Shown: positions 17,154 to 27,324 of the stretch, piece after piece
How the letters are laid out: the number at the start of each line of letters is the position of its first letter
Numbering within the stretch: the first letter of the stretch is position 1
Source of the DNA: an uncultured Gammaproteobacteria bacterium
GTDB taxonomy: Bacteria; Patescibacteriota; Microgenomatia; Levybacterales; JACOYD01
NCBI GenBank assembly: GCA_964445095.1
Contig: CAYUJR010000002.1
Span: 5,176 to 69,175 of the forward strand
Reading direction: 5' to 3'
DNA: 64,000 nt
The notes under the pieces: generated by a model
Seen by the model: only the letters and a program-made list of their open reading frames with translations
Told to the model about the DNA's origin: nothing
Database searches by the model: none
Program-made: the position numbers and the translations under genes

Positions 17154-17860
17154 AAAATATTCTTATTCTGCATGGTTGGGAATTGCGCGGCAGTGTTTAT
17201 AATCAGTTAAAAAAACTTCTGGAGAAAGAGGGTTTTACAGTTTTTGTTCCTGATTTGCCGGGGTTTGGTGAACGGCCATTGTCAAAACCGGTTTTAACTC
17301 TTGCCGATTATGTTAATTTCGTGAAAGATTTTATTAAAAAAAATATCAAACAAGATCTGGTTATTATTGGTCATTCTTTTGGGGCGCGGGTGGCGATTGT
17401 GCTAGCTTCACAAAACCCAGAAAATTTAAAAAAATTGGTATTAACCGGAGCGCCGGGAATTCGCCGACCCCTGCCTCTTCGTTCAAAAATTGCTTTTTTT
17501 CTGGCTAAAACTGCTAGTGGAATCTTTACTGTACCGCCATTCTCTTTTCTCCAAGGTTTTTTTCGAAAATTATTGTATAAATTTACCGGAGAATTTGATT
17601 ATTATAAAGCCGGAAACTTAAGAGAAACTTTTAAGAATATAATTGCTCACGAGCTGACAGATCATTTAGCAAAAATTAAAATACCAACATTACTGGTATG
17701 GGGAGAACAGGACTTGATTGTACCTGTTTCTGATGGTCAGGCAATGCGAGAGTTTATATCCAATGCCAAATTAATAGTTATTAGAACAGCCAATCATAAA
17801 TTGCCCTATCTTCAGCCGGATATTTTTGTCAAAACAATTTTACCCTTTCTCATAAAATGA
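17150..17860 (+). CDS. Alpha/beta-fold hydrolase
   Basis: GHSFGARVA (GxSxG nucleophile elbow). 236 aa. 4-nt overlaps with both neighbours. Confidence 0.7.
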   Translation: MKNILILHGWELRGSVYNQLKKLLEKEGFTVFVPDLPGFGERPLSKPVLTLADYVNFVKDFIKKNIKQDLVIIGHSFGARVAIVLASQNPENLKKLVLTGAPGIRRPLPLRSKIAFFLAKTASGIFTVPPFSFLQGFFRKLLYKFTGEFDYYKAGNLRETFKNIIAHELTDHLAKIKIPTLLVWGEQDLIVPVSDGQAMREFISNAKLIVIRTANHKLPYLQPDIFVKTILPFLIK

Positions 17861-19425
17861 TAGACAAAATTTTTTCAAACATTGTTATTATTGCTTTTAC
17901 AATTCGCACAATTCGCAGTGCTCTATTGCTGGTCGGGCTATGGCAAGTAAAAGAGTATCGTTTTGATAGATTGTGGATTCATTTGCGAGAAACACAAGTC
18001 GGCAGGGAATTTCTCTTTAGTAAAATATCAAACCTCAAATGGCTGCTCGTTATTCTTTATCCTCTAACTTATGCGATGCAATTTCCTGATTGGTTTTTTC
18101 CCTTGCTGGTGGTAGCTATTTATGGTTGGGAAATAATAACTACAAGGCAAATTAAACGTCCAGTTTTAACCGCTAAATCAGTCGTTTTAGTTGGGTTAAC
18201 TCTGTTTATGGCTTTTGTTTTTCTTAACCTACCGCTCTTTGAGATCTTTTTTTGGGTGTTGATACTGGATAAAAGCTTACCTTTGATAGTAGCTATAGTA
18301 GTCTTTTTGCTATCGTTTCCGACGGAAATCTGGCGAGATAGGATAATTCTGCAGGCAGAAGAATTACTGCGCCAGCGCAAAAAATTAACTGTTATTGGTG
18401 TTACCGGTAGTTTTGGCAAAAGTTCCACCAAGGAGTTTGTAGCTCAAGTTTTAAGTGAAAAATTTAAAGTCCTAAAAACTCCCGGTTCACAAAATACTCC
18501 AATTGGTATTGCCAAAACAATCATTAAAGGACTAAGAAAAGATACACAGGTTTTAGTAGTAGAAATAGGAGCTTATAAAATTGGAGAAATAGAAGAAGTT
18601 TGCCAAATTATCAAACCCTCGATAGGTATTTTAACAGGTATTAGCGCGCAGCACCTGTCTCTTTTTGGCAGTATAGATAATATTATTCAGGCTAAGTACG
18701 AACTGATAAAATCTTTACCAAAAAACGGCTTGGCAGTTTTTAACAGTAATAATTTATATTGTCGGGAGCTTTATCAAAAAACAAAAATTAATAAATTAAG
18801 ATATGGTTTTAGTCAGGAAAGTGATGTTAAAGTTAAAGACTGGAAAGTTAACCCGCAAGATTTGAGATTTACTTTTCAGATTGGCCGGACTCGGCAGTCG
18901 GTAAAAATTAATTTACTGGGACGCCATAACGTCGAAAATCTGCTGCCGGCGATTCTGGTGGCTCATCATTTAGGCATGACGCTAATACAAATAAAAAAAG
19001 CTCTGGAAAAAATTTCTTATCTGCCCCTGACCATGCAACCGATTAAGTTTATGAACGCCATGTTTATTGATGACACTTTTAATGCCAGCCCCGAAGGAGT
19101 CAATGCCGCCTTTGACTATCTAAAAGTTTTCAAAAAAAGAAGAAAAATTCTTATTCTTACTTCCCTGATTGAATTGGGAAAAGAAGCGGATAAAGTTCAT
19201 GAGAACTTAGGCCGAGAAGCCGGCAATATTTTTGATATCGTATATCTAACTAATAATAATTTTGCTCAAAGTTTTGCCGATGGCCTAAAAAGAGGAAAAA
19301 AAACAACTAATTTCCGAATTGCCAGAAGTAAAGAAATTAAGGAGATGCTTCTGGGAAATATAGAGAAGGGCGATGTAGTGCTTTTTGAAGGAAAAGAGGC
19401 GGGGACAGTTCTAAAATTACTATGA
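17857..19425 (+). CDS. murF: UDP-MurNAc-tripeptide--D-Ala-D-Ala ligase MurF with an unusual N-terminal polytopic membrane extension
   Basis: VIGVTGSFGKSSTKE P-loop and IDDTFNASPEGV (MurF IDDSYNANP) motifs. The first ~170 residues are hydrophobic with several predicted TM helices, replacing the usual short MurF N-domain. Confidence 0.8.
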   Translation: MIDKIFSNIVIIAFTIRTIRSALLLVGLWQVKEYRFDRLWIHLRETQVGREFLFSKISNLKWLLVILYPLTYAMQFPDWFFPLLVVAIYGWEIITTRQIKRPVLTAKSVVLVGLTLFMAFVFLNLPLFEIFFWVLILDKSLPLIVAIVVFLLSFPTEIWRDRIILQAEELLRQRKKLTVIGVTGSFGKSSTKEFVAQVLSEKFKVLKTPGSQNTPIGIAKTIIKGLRKDTQVLVVEIGAYKIGEIEEVCQIIKPSIGILTGISAQHLSLFGSIDNIIQAKYELIKSLPKNGLAVFNSNNLYCRELYQKTKINKLRYGFSQESDVKVKDWKVNPQDLRFTFQIGRTRQSVKINLLGRHNVENLLPAILVAHHLGMTLIQIKKALEKISYLPLTMQPIKFMNAMFIDDTFNASPEGVNAAFDYLKVFKKRRKILILTSLIELGKEADKVHENLGREAGNIFDIVYLTNNNFAQSFADGLKRGKKTTNFRIARSKEIKEMLLGNIEKGDVVLFEGKEAGTVLKLL

Positions 19426-20645
19426 TTGCTATTTCACTTTCTCCAAATACGCAAAAAAAGGATTATATGACAGCTCTTGCTCAGCTTTTCTCTCCCTGGT
19501 CTTATATCCATGGGCAATACGTCAAGAAAGTTGAGCAATGGTTTCAAAAATATTTTAATGCTCGTTTTGCCATTAGTTTTGACAGCGGCCGCTCGGCCCA
19601 ATACGCTATTCTCTCGGCGTTAGGGATAGGAAAAGGGGACGAGGTGTTAATTCAGGCTTTTACTTGCGTGGCAGTACCTAATTCTGTGTTGTGGACCGGA
19701 GCAAAACCCATTTTTGTTGATATAGAAAAAAATTCTTATAATATGTCGCTAGGGGATCTGGTAAAAAAGATTAACAAAAATAGTAAGGCCATAATTGTCC
19801 AGCATACTTTTGGTCAGGCGGCCAAAATTAGTGAAATTTGTCAAATTGCCAAAAAACACAAATTAGTATTAATCGAGGACTGCGCTCACGCGCTGGGCGC
19901 CAGCGTTAATAGTCAAAAACTAGGAACATTTGGAGAGGCGGCCTTTTTTAGTTTCGGACGCGATAAAGTGGTGTCTAGCGTTTTTGGAGGAATGGTTGTT
20001 ACCAGGGATAAGAGGATAGAGGAAAGGGTTAAGGAGTTTCAAAAAAATCTCGCGTATCCCTCAATTTTTTTGATAGTTCAGCAACTGCTTCATCCGATAT
20101 TTTTCTCCATGATTCTGCCAACTTATAATTTTTTTAATCTTGGTAAAGTTATTTTGAAAGTTAGTCAGGCGCTCCACTTATTAGGTAAACCAGTGATAGA
20201 AATGGAAAAGAAGGGACAGAGGCCCAGGTTTTATCCCCGAAAACTGCCTAATAGTTTGGCCAGACTAGCTCTAGTTCAGTTAGGGCGACTGGAAAGTTTT
20301 AATAAAAAAAGAAAGGTAATAGCCGCTGTATATGCCAAAGAGCTTAGTATCAAGATAAAAGACCAAGATATTCATGTCCGTTTTCCGCTTTTGGTTAATC
20401 GTCGAGACGAGTTATTAAAATCGGCCAAGAGTAGGGGAATTCTGCTGGGTGACTGGTATTCTCACGTGGTCGACCCCAAAGGTGTAGATTTGACAAAAAT
20501 CGGTTATGCTTTCGGTAGCTGTCCGATGGCAGAACAATCAGCAACCAAAATTGTTAATCTGCCAACCTATCCCAGGATGTCGGTTAATGATGCCCAAAAA
20601 GTTGTACGAATTGTCAAAAACTATGTTAATAATAAAAACAGTTGA
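19422..20645 (+). CDS. DegT/DnrJ/EryC1/StrS-family PLP-dependent sugar aminotransferase
   Basis: ...FDSGRSAQYAILSALGIGKGDEV...AFTCVAVPNSV... and a conserved SFGRDK lysine region. Confidence 0.8.
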   Translation: MIAISLSPNTQKKDYMTALAQLFSPWSYIHGQYVKKVEQWFQKYFNARFAISFDSGRSAQYAILSALGIGKGDEVLIQAFTCVAVPNSVLWTGAKPIFVDIEKNSYNMSLGDLVKKINKNSKAIIVQHTFGQAAKISEICQIAKKHKLVLIEDCAHALGASVNSQKLGTFGEAAFFSFGRDKVVSSVFGGMVVTRDKRIEERVKEFQKNLAYPSIFLIVQQLLHPIFFSMILPTYNFFNLGKVILKVSQALHLLGKPVIEMEKKGQRPRFYPRKLPNSLARLALVQLGRLESFNKKRKVIAAVYAKELSIKIKDQDIHVRFPLLVNRRDELLKSAKSRGILLGDWYSHVVDPKGVDLTKIGYAFGSCPMAEQSATKIVNLPTYPRMSVNDAQKVVRIVKNYVNNKNS

Positions 20646-21639
20646 TAATAAAGACAATTGGGAAAAATTTTTGCTTGCTCAACCCTATCAGCCTTTTTTC
20701 CAGAGTTGGAGTTGGGGAGAAATACAGGAAGGGTTAAGGAATCGTGTTTTGAGACTTGGTGTTTATGACCCTTCAACAAGTTCAGGGCTGGTGGGTATTT
20801 GTCAGATCGTCGAAGTTAGGGCTAAACGCGGTAATTACTTTCACCTGCGGCATGGTCCGCTATTGACAAATTTTAAGAAACAATTCCCCTTGTTAATAGC
20901 TGAAATTATTAAGATAGCCCGCGCCGCCAAGATGGACTTTATTCGGATGTCACCATTATTGACCGAAGACTTTGAGATTAAGTTTTTACAAAAACGGGGG
21001 CTTCGTAATTCTCCAATTCATAATATGGATGCGGAAAATGCTTGGGTTTTGGAACTTAACATTAGTGAAGAAGAATTATTAAAGCAGATGAGGAAGACCA
21101 CTCGTTACTTAATTAAAAAAGGGGAGCGGTCAGGTTTAGAGATTACCCCAGCCAAGTCAACGGATGATACTAAAACTTTTCTTAAACTTTATCAAAAGAC
21201 TGCTCAAAAACACGGCTTTGTCCCCCACGGGGGGATTGGGGAAGAAATTGAAGTGTTTAAAAAGGATGGGCAGGCAGAATTGTTTTTGGCGCGGTACAAA
21301 AAAAAGATAATTTCTGGGGCATTGGTGATATTTTATGGTAATTCGGCCATTTACCATCATGGGGCGACAGACCCAAAGTACGAATATCTCTCCCCTTCTT
21401 ATTTACTGCAATGGGAAGCGATCAAAGAAGCTAAAAAAAGAGGAAAGAAAATCTATAATTTTTGGGGAGTGGTTCCCCCATCAAAACCTCACCATCCCTG
21501 GCAGGGTTTGACTCTTTTTAAAACCGGCTTCGGCGGCCGTCGCGTCAACTTCATCCACGCCCAAGACCTGCCGTTAACGCCTTGGTATTGGAAAACATAT
21601 ATAATTGAGACTATAATGAGGATTAGGAAAGGATATTGA
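20623..21639 (+). CDS. FemAB-family peptidyltransferase (peptidoglycan cross-bridge formation, FemX-like)
   Basis: FemAB-like length and composition, e.g. YHHGATDPKYEYLSPSYLLQWEAIKEAKKRGKKIYNFWGV. The ORF is open from 20506; start placed at ATG 20623 to avoid a long overlap. Confidence 0.6.
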   Translation: MLIIKTVDNKDNWEKFLLAQPYQPFFQSWSWGEIQEGLRNRVLRLGVYDPSTSSGLVGICQIVEVRAKRGNYFHLRHGPLLTNFKKQFPLLIAEIIKIARAAKMDFIRMSPLLTEDFEIKFLQKRGLRNSPIHNMDAENAWVLELNISEEELLKQMRKTTRYLIKKGERSGLEITPAKSTDDTKTFLKLYQKTAQKHGFVPHGGIGEEIEVFKKDGQAELFLARYKKKIISGALVIFYGNSAIYHHGATDPKYEYLSPSYLLQWEAIKEAKKRGKKIYNFWGVVPPSKPHHPWQGLTLFKTGFGGRRVNFIHAQDLPLTPWYWKTYIIETIMRIRKGY

Positions 21640-22260
21640 GTGGAAGTTGCATCGGCTGTAGCAAGAGTTGCACGAAGAACTGTTGAGGGTCGTACTCACG
21701 CCCCAGATGTGATTAGTTGGATTGAGACAAATCCGGTCGAACTTCAAAATCTACTTGATAATTTTGATAAGGTTATTAATAGATTTAATAGTATAAATTT
21801 AGGAGAACCTCCAGTTAGTTTAATTAATGCCATAATAGTCAAAGGAGAGCTTAGTCAAGATCAATTACCAACTTTTAATACAATAATTTCACAATCTCAA
21901 TCAGCTTTCTCCAAAGGATTTCGTTCTTTTGTTAATACACTGAAAGATATGAATAAAATGATGGAAAGAGGCGAAACTACGCAAGCCGAACCGTTTCTTG
22001 CTTTCCATAAGACCGAAACAGATACTCCGGCTTTAGTTATAGGTGGCATTTTCCATACATATGAAGAAATGTTGATGCGTGATCCAAAATTTTCCGGGCG
22101 ATTCAAATGGGGACAATTAGTAGATGCACTTGTTGAAACACTAGCCGAAGATAAAACAAATCCTCTTTATGATGCGGTGGCAAATAAAAGTAGACTGGAT
22201 TGGATTGATGGATGGGAAGGATTTTCGGAGCAATTTCGTAAAGAAAATGGATTTAATTAA
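21640..22260 (+). CDS. Hypothetical protein
   Basis: 206-aa ORF with a GTG start after an AGGAAAGGA SD. No recognisable motif. Confidence 0.45.
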   Translation: MEVASAVARVARRTVEGRTHAPDVISWIETNPVELQNLLDNFDKVINRFNSINLGEPPVSLINAIIVKGELSQDQLPTFNTIISQSQSAFSKGFRSFVNTLKDMNKMMERGETTQAEPFLAFHKTETDTPALVIGGIFHTYEEMLMRDPKFSGRFKWGQLVDALVETLAEDKTNPLYDAVANKSRLDWIDGWEGFSEQFRKENGFN

Positions 22261-22267
22261 ATGAAAA

Positions 22268-22597
22268 ATGAGTAAATTTGTTAAAATTGTTGTTTATGTG
22301 CCAGAAAGTCATGCCGATATTATCAGACAAGCTATGGGAAATGCCGGAGCCGGAGTAATTGGCAATTATAGTCACTGCACTTTTTCTATTAAAGGCAAGG
22401 GGAATTATAAACCCCTAGAAGGAGCGAAACCATTTATTGGAGAAGTAGGAAAATTTGAAGAGGTGGAGGAAGAAAGAATAGAAACAGTTTGTCCTCAAAA
22501 AAAAGTTAAAGAGGTAATAGAAGCTATTAAAGAAGTCCATCCGTATGATGAAGTAGCCCTAGATATTTATTCGTTGCTAAGTAAAAAAGATTTATGA
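22268..22597 (+). CDS. Small PII/CutA-like protein related to the insert domain of Nif3 (YqfO)-family proteins
   Basis: 109 aa. The C-terminal EVHPYDEVALDIYSL resembles the HPYEEPAYD signature. Pattern recalled from memory. Confidence 0.35.
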   Translation: MSKFVKIVVYVPESHADIIRQAMGNAGAGVIGNYSHCTFSIKGKGNYKPLEGAKPFIGEVGKFEEVEEERIETVCPQKKVKEVIEAIKEVHPYDEVALDIYSLLSKKDL

Positions 22598-23106
22598 AGA
22601 CGATTTTGTATATGGCTATAACTGCTAATGGGTTTATTGCCAGAACTGATGGTAACACAGATTGGACGTCAGAGGAGACTTGGAATGAGAGCTATTTCAA
22701 GCTCTTAAAAAGAACTGGAAATTTAATTATTGGCCATAATACATATGACATTATGCCGCCAAAAGAATTTTTACCAGAAGTTTTGTATATAGTTCTTACC
22801 AAAGGTAAGCCTCTCAAGAAAAAAGTCCCTAATGTTATTTTTACGAATCAAACTGCAAAAGAAGTTCTAAAAATGCTTAGCGACAAGGGTTTTGAAGAGA
22901 TATGTATAGGAGGTGGCAGTATAATAAATTCCTCTTTCATCAAAGAAAATTTAATAGATGAGATAATTCTAGATGTTGAGCCAATTGTTTTTGGGAAAGG
23001 GATCCAGCTTTTTGCCCCGGAAGACTTTGAATATAAATTAAAACTGCTGTCAGTTAAAAACTTAAACAAAAACACAGTTCAATTACATTATAAGGTTTTG
23101 AAGTAA
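22594..23106 (+). CDS. Dihydrofolate-reductase-family protein (RibD C-terminal-domain-like)
   Basis: MKTILYMAITANGFIARTDGNTDW start and 170 aa length are typical of the RibD_C/DHFR-like family. Confidence 0.6.
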   Translation: MKTILYMAITANGFIARTDGNTDWTSEETWNESYFKLLKRTGNLIIGHNTYDIMPPKEFLPEVLYIVLTKGKPLKKKVPNVIFTNQTAKEVLKMLSDKGFEEICIGGGSIINSSFIKENLIDEIILDVEPIVFGKGIQLFAPEDFEYKLKLLSVKNLNKNTVQLHYKVLK

Positions 23107-23161
23107 GGCTCCAATAAACTTTGCTACTGCGGGATTAAATGTAGTATAATAACCCAATCTT

Positions 23162-24169
23162 ATGCAGTTGTTGGGTTTAATTATACTTTCTACCTTTATC
23201 ACCGGTCTACTGCTTGTTCCTTTTATTGACTTTCTCTATAAGATGAAGTTCCAGCGGCAAAAGCAGAAGACACGGGATGTTTTTAATAGACATACTCCCA
23301 TTTTTGATAAATTTCATGCCTGGAAAGCCGGTACGCCTTTTGGCGGAGGAGTATTAATTTTAGCAGTAGTGACAGTTTTGACTCTGTGGGCCTACGGCAT
23401 TTTTGAGATTAACATCAAAGGCTGGGAGCTATTTGTTCTGCTTTTTTCTTTTCTGTCCTTTGGGGCGTTGGGATTTTACGATGACCTAAAAAAAATGATT
23501 AATGGCAAAAAGTCAGATTTTTTTGGATTGCGTTTTCGTTATAAATTTTTCATCCAATGGGTGCTGGCCTTTATTATCGGCACTATTTTTTATACTCAAC
23601 TCGGCTACGACTTTTTCTTCATCCGTTTTTTAGGCGAATTTAATATTGGAATTTTATACATTCCTTTGGCGGCTTTTATTATTGTTTCTTTTACCAATGC
23701 CTTTAATATTACAGATGGTTTGGATGGCTTGGCCGGCGGACTTTTCCTCATTTGCATGATTGCTTTCCTGGTTATTTCAGCCGGTTTATTAAATCAGTGG
23801 CTGGGAATTTTTATTGCCATACTAATTGGTTCAGTCATCGCCTTTTTATACTTTAATATTTTTCCGGCCCGGCTGTGGTTGGGAGACGTTGGCTCAATGT
23901 CTCTGGGGGCAATGCTGGCGGTAGTTGGACTTTTAACGGGAAAAATTACCGCTTTGGCTATTATCGGCGGCGTTTTTGTAATAGAAGTAGCTTCTTCTCT
24001 TTTTCAGATTTTGGCAAAGAGATTTTTAGGTAAAAAAATTCTGCCTGTCACCCCCTTTCATCTCTTTTTACAAAACCAGGGATGGGAAGAGCCCAAAATT
24101 GTGATGCGACTATGGCTGCTGGGAGTTCTTTTTGCCGTAGTAGGGCTCTTTATCGCCGGTATTAAGTAA
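23162..24169 (+). CDS. mraY: Phospho-N-acetylmuramoyl-pentapeptide transferase MraY
   Basis: NAFNITDGLDGLAGG signature and polytopic membrane topology. Confidence 0.92.
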   Translation: MQLLGLIILSTFITGLLLVPFIDFLYKMKFQRQKQKTRDVFNRHTPIFDKFHAWKAGTPFGGGVLILAVVTVLTLWAYGIFEINIKGWELFVLLFSFLSFGALGFYDDLKKMINGKKSDFFGLRFRYKFFIQWVLAFIIGTIFYTQLGYDFFFIRFLGEFNIGILYIPLAAFIIVSFTNAFNITDGLDGLAGGLFLICMIAFLVISAGLLNQWLGIFIAILIGSVIAFLYFNIFPARLWLGDVGSMSLGAMLAVVGLLTGKITALAIIGGVFVIEVASSLFQILAKRFLGKKILPVTPFHLFLQNQGWEEPKIVMRLWLLGVLFAVVGLFIAGIK

Positions 24170-24177
24170 ATTTCTTC

Positions 24178-24942
24178 ATGAATAATTATCCAATCGGCAT
24201 TCTTGATTCTGGAGTTGGGGGTTTATCTATCTGGCGAGAATTAGTCCGTCAGTTGCCCCGCGAGAGCACCGTTTACCTGGCGGACCAGCAAAACTTCCCT
24301 TACCGCCAGAAAAAAGGCTACGAACTCTACCAAATTGTTTCCCAGAGAGTTAACTGGTTTTTAAAAAATAACATTAAGCTGTTGGTAATTGCTTGTAATA
24401 CTGCCACAGTGCATACCCTTGATAAGCTTCGTCAAAATTTTTCAATTCCCATGGTGGGAATAGTTCCCGTTGTCAAAAAAGCAGCCGAGTTAAGCCGAAA
24501 GAAAAAAATCATCGTTTTGGCAACTTCGGCTACAGTCAAAAGTAGATATTTAAAAAAACTCATTGAAAAATTTGCCAACAGCTGCCAGGTTTTTACCCAC
24601 GGGCTTGATGAGATAGTTGACCAAATTGAAGACCTACAAAAAGTGGTTATTACAGAAGAATTAGCCACTTTATTAAAAAAAGATGTTGATGTGGTGGCGC
24701 TGGGTTGTACCCACTACGGTTTTATTAAACCGCAATTGCAAAAACTTTTTGGTAAAGAAGTACTGATTCTCGAGCCTGCCGGAGCTGTCACCAGACAGGT
24801 CAAGCGAGTTTTAACCAACAATCAGACTCTGGCTGGAAAGACAAAACCGCGCTATACTTTTTATACCACGGGAGATGTGGAAAAGTTTAATAAGCAATTA
24901 GGGGTTTTACTAAAGAAAGAATACAGAGTAAACAAGTTATGA
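24178..24942 (+). CDS. murI: Glutamate racemase MurI
   Basis: IGILDSGVGGLSI and VIACNTATV motifs, including the catalytic Cys pair. Confidence 0.88.
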   Translation: MNNYPIGILDSGVGGLSIWRELVRQLPRESTVYLADQQNFPYRQKKGYELYQIVSQRVNWFLKNNIKLLVIACNTATVHTLDKLRQNFSIPMVGIVPVVKKAAELSRKKKIIVLATSATVKSRYLKKLIEKFANSCQVFTHGLDEIVDQIEDLQKVVITEELATLLKKDVDVVALGCTHYGFIKPQLQKLFGKEVLILEPAGAVTRQVKRVLTNNQTLAGKTKPRYTFYTTGDVEKFNKQLGVLLKKEYRVNKL

Positions 24943-26246
24943 AAAAGTTTAATATTAAAGAAAAAAAAGTTTTGGTCATGGGATTAGGTTTATTGGGCGG
25001 AGGGGTAGCAGCCGCCCGTTATTTTGCACGAAAAGGAGCTAGAGTAACCGTAACTGATTTACGATCTCGAAAGACTCTTCTACCTTCAATTAAAAAACTT
25101 TCAAGGTTACCAATACGATTTATACTAGGCGAACACAGAATAGAAGATTTTGCTAATACAGACTTAATCATTCGCAATCCCGATGTAATGCCCGACTCCC
25201 CATACTTAGAAGTTGCCAGAAAAAAGGGGATTCCCATAGAGATGGCGGAAAGTTTTTTTGCCAAGAACTGCCCGGGTAAAATAATCGGAGTCACGGGAAC
25301 GCGGGGTAAGTCAACTACCGCCACTCTCATTGCTAAAATCTTACAAGATGCGGGAAAAGATGTGGTATTGGCAGGCAACGTGGCAGGAATTGGCACTCTT
25401 ACCTATCTTGATAAAATTGACGTTCGGACAATTGCGGTTCTTGAGCTTTCTTCTTTTCAGTTAAACGCATTAGGTGAGGTTAAGATTAGCCCTGACATTG
25501 CGGTTATTACCAATATTTATCCTGAACATCTTAATCACTATGCTACTTTTGATAACTACGTTGCTGACAAAAAAAATATCTTCCGCTATCAGACCAAGAA
25601 AGACTATCTGGTGCTTAATAAAAACAGCAAGTTTTCTCAAGATTTTGCCAAAGAGGCTCCCTCTAAAGTAATATTTTTTGACTCCGACAATTTATCAAAA
25701 AACTTACCAACCAAATTATTAGGCGAGCACAATAGAGAAAATATAGCGGCGGCTTTAGCGGTGGGACAACTGTTGGGAGTAGAAATGGACTTAATGAGAA
25801 AAACCATCGCTAACTTTAGTCCACTGCCCTATCATCTAGAAAATGTGAGAACTATTAAGAAAATTAAATTTATCAATGACGGAGTCAGTACTTCGCCGGA
25901 GGCTACCATAGCCGCTCTTAATACGTTGAATGGTAATATTATCCTTATTTTGGGCGGTAATGATAAAAAATTAGATTTTAGAGAGCTGGGTTTACTAGTG
26001 TCACGAAAAGTAAAGGCCATTATTATAATGCGAGGAACAGCCGAGTCAAAGATTAAAAAAGCAATTCCCCAAAAGGGGTTGATAAAGGGAGAATTTGATA
26101 ATCTTAGAGAAACAGTCCGGTCAGCCTGGGCGCTTGCCAAGCCGGGAAGTATAATCCTTTTTTCTCCTGCAGCCACCTCTTTTAACTGGTTTAGTAATAC
26201 CTACCAACGAAGTAAGCTGTTCACTGAAATTGTGAAGAGTTTATAA
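24939..26246 (+). CDS. murD: UDP-MurNAc-L-Ala--D-Glu ligase MurD
   Basis: VLVMGLGLLGGG Rossmann start and GVTGTRGKSTT P-loop. Lies between murI and ftsW. Confidence 0.9.
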   Translation: MKKFNIKEKKVLVMGLGLLGGGVAAARYFARKGARVTVTDLRSRKTLLPSIKKLSRLPIRFILGEHRIEDFANTDLIIRNPDVMPDSPYLEVARKKGIPIEMAESFFAKNCPGKIIGVTGTRGKSTTATLIAKILQDAGKDVVLAGNVAGIGTLTYLDKIDVRTIAVLELSSFQLNALGEVKISPDIAVITNIYPEHLNHYATFDNYVADKKNIFRYQTKKDYLVLNKNSKFSQDFAKEAPSKVIFFDSDNLSKNLPTKLLGEHNRENIAAALAVGQLLGVEMDLMRKTIANFSPLPYHLENVRTIKKIKFINDGVSTSPEATIAALNTLNGNIILILGGNDKKLDFRELGLLVSRKVKAIIIMRGTAESKIKKAIPQKGLIKGEFDNLRETVRSAWALAKPGSIILFSPAATSFNWFSNTYQRSKLFTEIVKSL

Positions 26247-26251
26247 GTGTT

Positions 26252-27322
26252 ATGAGAAATATTGACTTATCTATTTTTTTGATTACAGTCGTACTGGTTC
26301 TTTTTGGAGTTTTGATGGTTTATGATGCTTCATCCGTTATCGCCTTTCGGGATTTTGGCGATAAATACCACTTTATCAAAGATCAAATTAGATGGGTAGC
26401 GGTAGGATTTATTTTTTTAGTTTTTTTTGCCAATTTGGATTACCATTTATTAATAAAATTGGCAATACCGCTCTTCATTTTAACCATAGTTTTTTTAGTG
26501 AGTGTTTTTATACCGGGCTTGGGGATAAAAGCCTCGGGAGCCAGCCGTTGGCTTGATTTTAAATTTTTCGTGCTGCAGCCGACAGAGTTTGCTAAATTAT
26601 CGCTGACAATTTATTTGGCAGCTTGGTTTGCCAATAAGGAAAAAGGCAGGTTTTGGGCTTTTCTATTATTGTTAATGGTGGTAGTGGGATTAGTCATTGC
26701 CCAGCCAGATATGGGGACTGGTATAATTTTAGCTAGTACTTCCATCGCTCTTTATTTTTTATCGGGAGCCAGTATTCTCCACTTTTTACTTATTTTGCCT
26801 ATTTTTGCCCTGACTGCTTTTGCCTTTATCAAAATTGCTCCGTATCGAATGGCTCGAGTACTGACCTTTTTTGACCCGCTGCGCGATCCGCAGGGCACCT
26901 CATATCATATTCAACAAATTTTAATTGCCCTGGGTTCAGGGGGTCTAGTTGGTCTGGGATTAGGACAGTCAAAGCAAAAATTTGAATATCTGCCGGAGGC
27001 CATGACTGACTCGATTTTTGCCATCATCGGTGAAGAAATAGGCTTTATAGGCACTCTATTTTTACTTCTGCTTTTTATCTTACTTTTTGCCAGATGTTTT
27101 AAGGTGGCGCGGGAGGCCCGAGATAATTTTGGCAGACTTTTAGCCGGAGGGATAGTCAGCTTTCTTGCTATTCAAACAGTTATTAATATTGGAGCGCAGG
27201 TGGCTCTTCTGCCGCTAACCGGCGTTCCCCTGCCATTTATATCCTACGGCGGCTCTTCTTTAATAATTTCTCTATCGGCAATTGGTATTATTCTAAATAT
27301 TTCCAAAGTAAAAGATAAATAA
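26252..27322 (+). CDS. ftsW: SEDS-family peptidoglycan glycosyltransferase FtsW
   Basis: 10-TM SEDS protein between murD and murG. Conserved C-terminal ...PLPFISYGGSS. Confidence 0.85.
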   Translation: MRNIDLSIFLITVVLVLFGVLMVYDASSVIAFRDFGDKYHFIKDQIRWVAVGFIFLVFFANLDYHLLIKLAIPLFILTIVFLVSVFIPGLGIKASGASRWLDFKFFVLQPTEFAKLSLTIYLAAWFANKEKGRFWAFLLLLMVVVGLVIAQPDMGTGIILASTSIALYFLSGASILHFLLILPIFALTAFAFIKIAPYRMARVLTFFDPLRDPQGTSYHIQQILIALGSGGLVGLGLGQSKQKFEYLPEAMTDSIFAIIGEEIGFIGTLFLLLLFILLFARCFKVAREARDNFGRLLAGGIVSFLAIQTVINIGAQVALLPLTGVPLPFISYGGSSLIISLSAIGIILNISKVKDK

Positions 27323-27324
27323 AG

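Noticed and set aside
25019-26176. Minus-strand ORFs 25019-25396 and 25832-26176 inside murD
   Set aside because: Shadow ORFs.
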